Below, piece by piece: positions 56,717 to 62,011 of a DNA stretch of 62,011 bases; the stretch's first letter is position 1; each line of letters starts with the position of its first letter. This stretch comes from an uncultured virus (IMG/VR IMGVR_UViG_3300017732_000001) (lineage: Duplodnaviria > Heunggongvirae > Uroviricota > Caudoviricetes): the IMG/VR virus record IMGVR_UViG_3300017732_000001; one strand, written 5' to 3'. The notes beneath the pieces were generated by a model that searched no databases, had not been told where the DNA came from, and saw only the letters and a program-made list of their open reading frames with translations. The position numbers and the translations under genes were made by a program.

Positions 56717-56970
56717 TGAAAATACTTAAAGAGAGTGTGCCACTAGAAGCAGGTAACGATCGGACGCTTCCAAACAACTCGTATCTTGTTACTTATCTTG
56801 ACGAGAACGACAATCCCCTCTATGATATAGCGATGGGTGATACAGGTAGAATCTTTGATCACTACTACGATAAGTATAAGAAGAAGTTTCAAAGGTTTGA
56901 ACAAACCCAAGGACGCATCTCCCCTAAATTATGGAATCCAAACCCTCAACCTCCTGGCAAGAAAAAATGA
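56716..56970 (+). CDS. Conserved hypothetical protein
   Basis: LPNNSYLVTY..IFDHYYD..GRISPKLW. Confidence 0.75.
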   Translation: MKILKESVPLEAGNDRTLPNNSYLVTYLDENDNPLYDIAMGDTGRIFDHYYDKYKKKFQRFEQTQGRISPKLWNPNPQPPGKKK

Positions 56971-57197
56971 CATACATCAGGGGTCTTAACAAAGAAGACT
57001 CTGATGATGCCAAGAAAGAATATGAAGTCACTCCCGAACAAGTCGGGAAGTTCATTGGAGTTTTCCTCCTTGGACCGCTACTTCTGATGGTGTGTTGGAA
57101 TGGTTTAATGCCGTACCTCTTTGGATTAAAGGCACTAAATTATCTACACGCATTTTATATGATTGTACTAACTAGGTTTATTACTAATGCCGACTGA
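56967..57197 (+). CDS. Small membrane protein
   Basis: WNGLMPYLFGL. Confidence 0.7.
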   Translation: MTYIRGLNKEDSDDAKKEYEVTPEQVGKFIGVFLLGPLLLMVCWNGLMPYLFGLKALNYLHAFYMIVLTRFITNAD

Positions 57198-57906
57198 CCC
57201 TACGAAGGTATGCTTAGTCTCCGTCACACCTGATGCTGAAAAGACTATTGGATACATCGCTCGTGTGAGCAACCCTAAAAATCAAGACAACCCTAAAATT
57301 TCTGGGTTGTTGAGTTACTGCATCAAGCACGGACACTGGTCTGTATTTGAGCAAGCAAGTATGACTCTTGAGATTACGACGACCAGAGCAATCGCTGCCC
57401 AAATTCTGAGGCACAGGTCGTTTACATTTCAAGAGTTTTCTCAACGCTATGCAGACGCATCACAGATTGAAAATGAAATCCCTTTGTTTGCATTACGCAG
57501 ACAGGATACAAAGAACAGACAAAATTCCATCGATGATATTGATGATTTCACTAGGCAAAAGTATGAGATTCTAGTCCGTAAACATTTTGATGAGTCGATG
57601 GATCTGTATAAGCAAATGGTTACAGATGGTATTGCAAAAGAGTCAGCAAGATTTGTGCTACCTCTTGCCACACCAACTCGTTTGTATATGACAGGCAATC
57701 TTCGCAACTGGATTCATTACATTGAACTACGTGAGAAGAATGGTACGCAACTAGAACATAAAAAGATTGCTGACACCGTGAAGAATCACTTCATCTGTCA
57801 GTTCCCTATTATTTCTGCTGCTCTTGACTGGTGTCCTGATGAGGATTGCAACTGTGTTGACGAGAGTTACTGGAATGATCTACAACCTTGTCTCCGTATT
57901 GATTAA
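57187..57906 (+). CDS. thyX: Flavin-dependent thymidylate synthase
   Basis: GHWSVFE, QILRHRSFTFQEFSQRY, ARFVLP and NLRNWIHYIELR. Confidence 0.96.
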   Translation: MPTDPTKVCLVSVTPDAEKTIGYIARVSNPKNQDNPKISGLLSYCIKHGHWSVFEQASMTLEITTTRAIAAQILRHRSFTFQEFSQRYADASQIENEIPLFALRRQDTKNRQNSIDDIDDFTRQKYEILVRKHFDESMDLYKQMVTDGIAKESARFVLPLATPTRLYMTGNLRNWIHYIELREKNGTQLEHKKIADTVKNHFICQFPIISAALDWCPDEDCNCVDESYWNDLQPCLRID

Positions 57907-58148
57907 TGAACACACAAGCAATGTCAGCACAAATTGGTGCTATTGATTTATCGGACATAGAAGAACAGAGAAATCGGATTCCCGATTTAGAAAAAAAGGA
58001 AATGAATCTTTTATCTGATGCATTGAAGGTTGAACTTAAACAACTTATCAATGAGGTCTTGGATGAAAGAGAATACAAACACAAATTAGATGGTCCGTAT
58101 GATATGATAGAAGAGTTCCCAGACGATGCTTCATACGACTGGGTATGA
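57906..58148 (+). CDS. Hypothetical protein
   Basis: TAATG-coupled. Confidence 0.6.
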   Translation: MNTQAMSAQIGAIDLSDIEEQRNRIPDLEKKEMNLLSDALKVELKQLINEVLDEREYKHKLDGPYDMIEEFPDDASYDWV

Positions 58149-58191
58149 CCTATATAAAGTTACCCTCAACACCCACATTATTCTAAGATAA

Positions 58192-58422
58192 ATGCCAACC
58201 TACGAATGGATTAACAAAGAATCAGGTGAGATCACAACCAATTTTATGTCGATCAAAGACCTCGATAAATACAAAGAAGAACATCCTGAGTTGGAAAGAT
58301 ACTTGGGTAATCAACACAACGGTACTGTCTATGGTAAACCTAGGCAGTCTGAAGGATTCAAAAACGTGATGCAAAAAATCCAAAAGGATCACCCTGCAGC
58401 GAACCTTAGTCGCTTTACCTAA
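58192..58422 (+). CDS. FmdB-like small protein lacking the Cys ligands
   Basis: MPTYEW..GE; usual position upstream of phoH. Confidence 0.7.
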   Translation: MPTYEWINKESGEITTNFMSIKDLDKYKEEHPELERYLGNQHNGTVYGKPRQSEGFKNVMQKIQKDHPAANLSRFT

Positions 58423-58425
58423 ATT

Positions 58426-59178
58426 ATGCCACAACGCAAGAGAAAGACACCTGTCTCATCCTTTTCACGCTCAGCGAAACAGATGCGAAGAAAGAAACCA
58501 ATCAATCAAGAACATCTTAAGACGATTGAACCCATCACCACTAATCAGGAGCGGGTATTCAAGTCTTATGCTGAAGGTAAAAACCTATGCCTACACGGTG
58601 CAGCAGGTACTGGTAAAACATTTATCAGTCTTTATATGGCACTCAAGGAGGTTCTAGAACCTTCCACTGCCTATGAAAAGGTTTATATGGTTCGTTCTCT
58701 TGTACCTACAAGAGAGATTGGTTTCCTTCCAGGTGACCACGAAGACAAGTCAAACCTATACCAGATTCCTTATAAGAATATGGTAAAGTATATGTTCGAA
58801 ATGCCAGATGATGCTGCATTCGAAATGCTTTACGATAATCTTAGAGCACAGGAAACTATTTCATTCTGGTCAACATCATTCATCCGTGGTGTCACGATGG
58901 ATAATTGTATTGTTATCGTCGATGAGTTCAGTAACTTGAACTTTCACGAACTTGATAGTATAATTACTAGGGTGGGAGAGAACTGTAAGATCATCTTTGC
59001 AGGTGACTACACACAGTCTGACCTCATCAAAACAAATGAAAAAAATGGTGTCCTAGATTTTATGAAGATCATTCAAACAATGAGTTCGTTTGACTGCGTA
59101 GAATTTGGTATCGAAGACATCGTGCGTTCTGGTCTGGTACGTGAGTATCTGATCAGTAAAATCAATCTAGGATTTTAA
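58426..59178 (+). CDS. phoH: PhoH-family ATPase
   Basis: GAAGTGKT, IGFLPGD, FIRGVT, DEF, GDYTQSD and DIVRSGLV. Confidence 0.95.
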   Translation: MPQRKRKTPVSSFSRSAKQMRRKKPINQEHLKTIEPITTNQERVFKSYAEGKNLCLHGAAGTGKTFISLYMALKEVLEPSTAYEKVYMVRSLVPTREIGFLPGDHEDKSNLYQIPYKNMVKYMFEMPDDAAFEMLYDNLRAQETISFWSTSFIRGVTMDNCIVIVDEFSNLNFHELDSIITRVGENCKIIFAGDYTQSDLIKTNEKNGVLDFMKIIQTMSSFDCVEFGIEDIVRSGLVREYLISKINLGF

Positions 59179-59180
59179 TT

Positions 59181-59852
59181 ATGTTTAACTTAGTGGGACC
59201 TCCAGTTCCACTGACTGAGATGAATGCTGTTACCAAGAGTAATGGTCTTCGTCTCTATGAAGTTGGTGAAAACAAATGGTACCCATCCGTCACTACAGTC
59301 ACTGGTCATAGGACTAAGGACAAAATTATGAAGTGGAGGAAGAGGGTTGGCGAGAAGGAAGCAAACAAGATCTCAGGTCGTGCTTCCTCACGTGGCAATA
59401 AGTTTCATAGTATGGTAGAATGTTACCTGAAGAATGAAACTGTCAAGTTTGATGAGAAGAATCCACTAGCATCTTTTATGTTTAAGACTGCTAAGGATAC
59501 TCTCAATAACATTAACAACATTCATCTTCTTGAAAGTCCTCTTTACAGTGATCACCTTCGCATAGCAGGTCGAGTAGACTGCATTGCTGAGTATGAAGGT
59601 AAGTTATCAGTCATTGATTTCAAAACTTCTACTAAACCCAAGAAGGAATCCTGGATCGAGAACTACTTTGTTCAAGAAACTGCATACGCTGTGATGTATT
59701 ACGAGCGGTGTGGTGTCAAGGTTGATAGTATTGTAACTATTATTTCTACTGAAGAAGGATCTATGCAGATCATTCAGAAGACAGACCTTGATTATTATTA
59801 CCAACTACTTGTCGAATACATCAACGAATTTATGCAGGATAAACTACAATGA
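59181..59852 (+). CDS. PD-(D/E)xK exonuclease (cyanophage exonuclease A)
   Basis: YPSVTTV, RGNKFH, GRVDC, IDFKTS and QETAYA. Confidence 0.88.
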   Translation: MFNLVGPPVPLTEMNAVTKSNGLRLYEVGENKWYPSVTTVTGHRTKDKIMKWRKRVGEKEANKISGRASSRGNKFHSMVECYLKNETVKFDEKNPLASFMFKTAKDTLNNINNIHLLESPLYSDHLRIAGRVDCIAEYEGKLSVIDFKTSTKPKKESWIENYFVQETAYAVMYYERCGVKVDSIVTIISTEEGSMQIIQKTDLDYYYQLLVEYINEFMQDKLQ

Positions 59853-60094
59853 AGGAATACAAAGACAAATTTATGACACAAGCAAAATTTTCTGCTGCGG
59901 TTGAAGATGTTGTCAAAAACAGCAACGGTCTTGTCAACTATATTGATGCAGTCATTGTTGTCTGCGATGATCTTGACATTGAGGTGGATACTGTCAACAA
60001 ACTCATCAGCAAACCGCTGAAGGATAAGATTAAGTTTAATGCCCAAGAGTTAAATTATGTTAAACGAACATCAAGGGGAGTCCTACCAATATGA
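59849..60094 (+). CDS. gp33: Late transcription co-activator gp33
   Basis: YIDAV..LISKPLKDKI..AQELN. Confidence 0.88.
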   Translation: MKEYKDKFMTQAKFSAAVEDVVKNSNGLVNYIDAVIVVCDDLDIEVDTVNKLISKPLKDKIKFNAQELNYVKRTSRGVLPI

Positions 60095-60432
60095 CCAATC
60101 CATTTTACGAATCAGAAGTCGTACGTGGTGAAGTAAAAGAGATGGAGAAACTCTATCTCGAACTAGCAAAACTATCAGTAAAGTTTACTGAACTAGATGA
60201 TGAAGGCAGGCGAGAGCACCTAGAGGGAACTCTAGAACTGATCGCCAAACAAAAGGTTTTCTATGCTAGACTTGCTCTGATGGCACATCAGGACAAGGAG
60301 GCAGCAGACATCAAGTTCAAAATTGATACGCTTTCAGAGATGTATTCTGGAGGCAAGCACATCAATGAAGTTCTTGATGATATGGAGACAAAACTCAAGG
60401 ATATGCGTAGAGAGCACCTTGACAACAACTAA
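60091..60432 (+). CDS. DUF1825-like protein
   Basis: FYESEVVR..KQKVFYARLAL..D.EA. Confidence 0.7.
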   Translation: MTNPFYESEVVRGEVKEMEKLYLELAKLSVKFTELDDEGRREHLEGTLELIAKQKVFYARLALMAHQDKEAADIKFKIDTLSEMYSGGKHINEVLDDMETKLKDMRREHLDNN

Positions 60433-60490
60433 ATAGTACGTTACCCTATATGGGTAGTACAATCACACAAAAACACTAACACTAATACAA

Positions 60491-61408
60491 ATGGCATTCG
60501 CAGATCTTAAAAAGAAGTCAGGTAAGTTCGCTAACTTGACTAAGGAAATTGAGAAGATGAGCAGTGGAGGAAAGAAGGTTGATGAACGCTTCTGGAAACC
60601 ACAGGTAGATAAAGCAGGTAATGGATTCGCAGTGATCCGTTTCCTTCCAGAATCTGAGGGAGCAGAACTTCCTTGGGCACAGGTTTGGAGTCACGCATTC
60701 CAAGGACCTGGCGGTTGGTTCATCGAGAATTCTCTTACCACTCTCGGACAGAAGGATCCAGTCTCTGCACTGAACTCTTCACTCTGGAATTCTGGTATCG
60801 AGTCTGATAAAGAAATCGCACGTAAACAAAAGCGTAAACTGTCATACTACAGTAACATCTACGTTGTAAAGGATCCATTGAATCCTGAGAACGAAGGGAA
60901 AGTATTTCTCTATAAGTATGGCAAGCGTATCTTTGACAAGATTATGGCAAAGATGCAACCCAATGAGAATGATTATGATCCAGAACCCGCATTCAATCCT
61001 TTCGATCTTTGGAAGGGTGCTGACTTCAAGTTGAAGATCAAGCAGGTTGCAGGTTACTGGAACTATGATGACTCAACGTTCACTTCACCACAAACTCTAG
61101 GTAGTTTTGATGATGATAAACTTGAAGAGGTTTATGGTCAGGCACACGATCTTGCATCGTTTACTTCACCAGATCAATTCAAGTCTTATGAAGAACTTGA
61201 GGCACGTTTGAAGTCTGTGCTTGGTCCTAAGACTGCTGCTCTGCAGGTTGATGAGTCTCTTGAAGACGAGTCTGAAGGACGTGGACCTGCTCCCACTATC
61301 AGTGCTACAGCAGGACCATCTTGGACTGAACAAGTATCCACTTCAACAAGTGGCACAGGTGAGGACGATACTCTGTCTTACTTTGCTAAACTAGCAGAAG
61401 AAGAGTAA
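60491..61408 (+). CDS. gp32: Single-stranded DNA-binding protein gp32
   Basis: DERFWK, GNGFAVIRFLP, YKYGKRIFDKI, NYD and acidic tail SYFAKLAEEE. Confidence 0.96.
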   Translation: MAFADLKKKSGKFANLTKEIEKMSSGGKKVDERFWKPQVDKAGNGFAVIRFLPESEGAELPWAQVWSHAFQGPGGWFIENSLTTLGQKDPVSALNSSLWNSGIESDKEIARKQKRKLSYYSNIYVVKDPLNPENEGKVFLYKYGKRIFDKIMAKMQPNENDYDPEPAFNPFDLWKGADFKLKIKQVAGYWNYDDSTFTSPQTLGSFDDDKLEEVYGQAHDLASFTSPDQFKSYEELEARLKSVLGPKTAALQVDESLEDESEGRGPAPTISATAGPSWTEQVSTSTSGTGEDDTLSYFAKLAEEE

Positions 61409-61416
61409 AGGAACCT

Positions 61417-61701
61417 ATGAAGAAGTTTGCCATCGCACTACTGCTACTGTCTGTCGCTACACCTGCGATGGCACACCACCGTGCACCGAGGTTGAGAAGT
61501 GGTAATTTTGAGGTTGAACCCTCACATTGCACTTACGATAAATTGTTTGAGACTTGGAACTGTTGGTACACACCAGTCCCCAAGCGAAGACATCATCACT
61601 ACCACGGTGATCACAATCACGGTGAATACTTCACACCTAATAAGCATAACGAACACGGAACACCGTGTTATATCTACAAGAAAAACGGTTGGTGTTTCTA
61701 A
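61417..61701 (+). CDS. Small secreted His/Cys-rich protein
   Basis: Signal peptide ending in AMA; mature N-terminus HH; HHHYHGDHNH; four Cys. Confidence 0.7.
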   Translation: MKKFAIALLLLSVATPAMAHHRAPRLRSGNFEVEPSHCTYDKLFETWNCWYTPVPKRRHHHYHGDHNHGEYFTPNKHNEHGTPCYIYKKNGWCF

Positions 61702-61940
61702 CCTAGAGCATAATCTAAAGCAAGTTTGGCGGTCGTCTTAAGTTTAGGACGCCGCCATTCTGCGTATGGAATAGTCACAAGAAATCCTAGGAGATCTCCG
61801 TCTGGAACATCAGGAACTCCTACTGGTTGCACAAAAAATATACCTGCGTGTGCTACAGTTTTCCAACCTATATCTACAAACCCTAATTCACGAAGAGCAC
61901 ACTCTAATTTAAGAGATTGTGCTCCTTCAATACAAAGCAT
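61698..61940 (-). CDS. Hypothetical protein
   Basis: TAATG-coupled to the upstream minus-strand gene. Confidence 0.65.
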   Translation of the reverse strand: MLCIEGAQSLKLECALRELGFVDIGWKTVAHAGIFFVQPVGVPDVPDGDLLGFLVTIPYAEWRRPKLKTTAKLALDYALG

Positions 61941-62011
61941 TAATATCCTCCTGAGGATCCAGATGATCCAGAGGATGAAGAAGAACTAGATGAGGAAGAA
62001 CTAGAACTGGA
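61940..62011 (-). CDS. C-terminal Ser/Gly-rich tail of a truncated gene (possibly baseplate gp53 by synteny)
   Basis: Reads [27 protein letters not shown] at the window edge. Confidence 0.55.
   Translation of the reverse strand, partial: SSSSSSSSSSSSSSGSSGSSGGY

Noticed and set aside
58150..58426. Pho box upstream of phoH
   Set aside because: No convincing tandem repeat with 11-bp periodicity was visible.
59181..59852. Cas4-like nuclease suggesting a CRISPR system
   Set aside because: No repeat-spacer array or other cas genes were seen, and the Fe-S Cys cluster is absent. It is the usual exonuclease between phoH and gp33.
372..61989. Many short antisense or alternate-frame ORFs nested in core genes (e.g. 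7356-7733, 22471-22860, 39559-40002, 45116-45505)
   Set aside because: They are shadows of well-supported genes with no motifs, SD or promoter support.

Overview
This is a 62 kb segment of a marine T4-like cyanophage (cyanomyovirus). The host is Synechococcus or Prochlorococcus and cannot be resolved from the sequence alone. Almost all genes are on the + strand. The window holds the replication, recombination and late-transcription core (uvsW end, gp55, gp47/46, gp45/44/62, regA, gp43, uvsX, gp41, gp61, nrdAB, nrdC, rnh, thyX, gp33, gp32). It also holds auxiliary metabolic genes (pcyA, cobS with a VWA partner, hsp20, mazG, talC, three hli, psbA, phoH), six 2OG-Fe(II) oxygenases, a Dam-type and a class-I SAM methyltransferase, two tRNAs (Arg-UCU, Ser-UGA) and three structured RNAs (manA-like, glutamine-riboswitch-like, PhotoRC-II-like). 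The five most interesting observations are: (1) an interlocked double glutamine-aptamer-like RNA that encloses a whole 56-aa ORF and precedes YRGV-motif micropeptides (43.2-44.0 kb); (2) a nuclease-like / KxDG ligase-like / HIGH-nucleotidyltransferase trio whose last member starts with a T4-type capsid-targeting sequence, followed by putative protease-processed internal head proteins (28.8-37.7 kb); (3) an 8-gene convergent locus of membrane and secreted beta-rich paralogues (16.1-19.9 kb); (4) RpaB/HLR1-like boxes on the hli and psbA promoters; (5) apparent strong avoidance of RGCY, CATG and CCGG. All calls come from motif recognition by eye; no database searches or folding computations were run.
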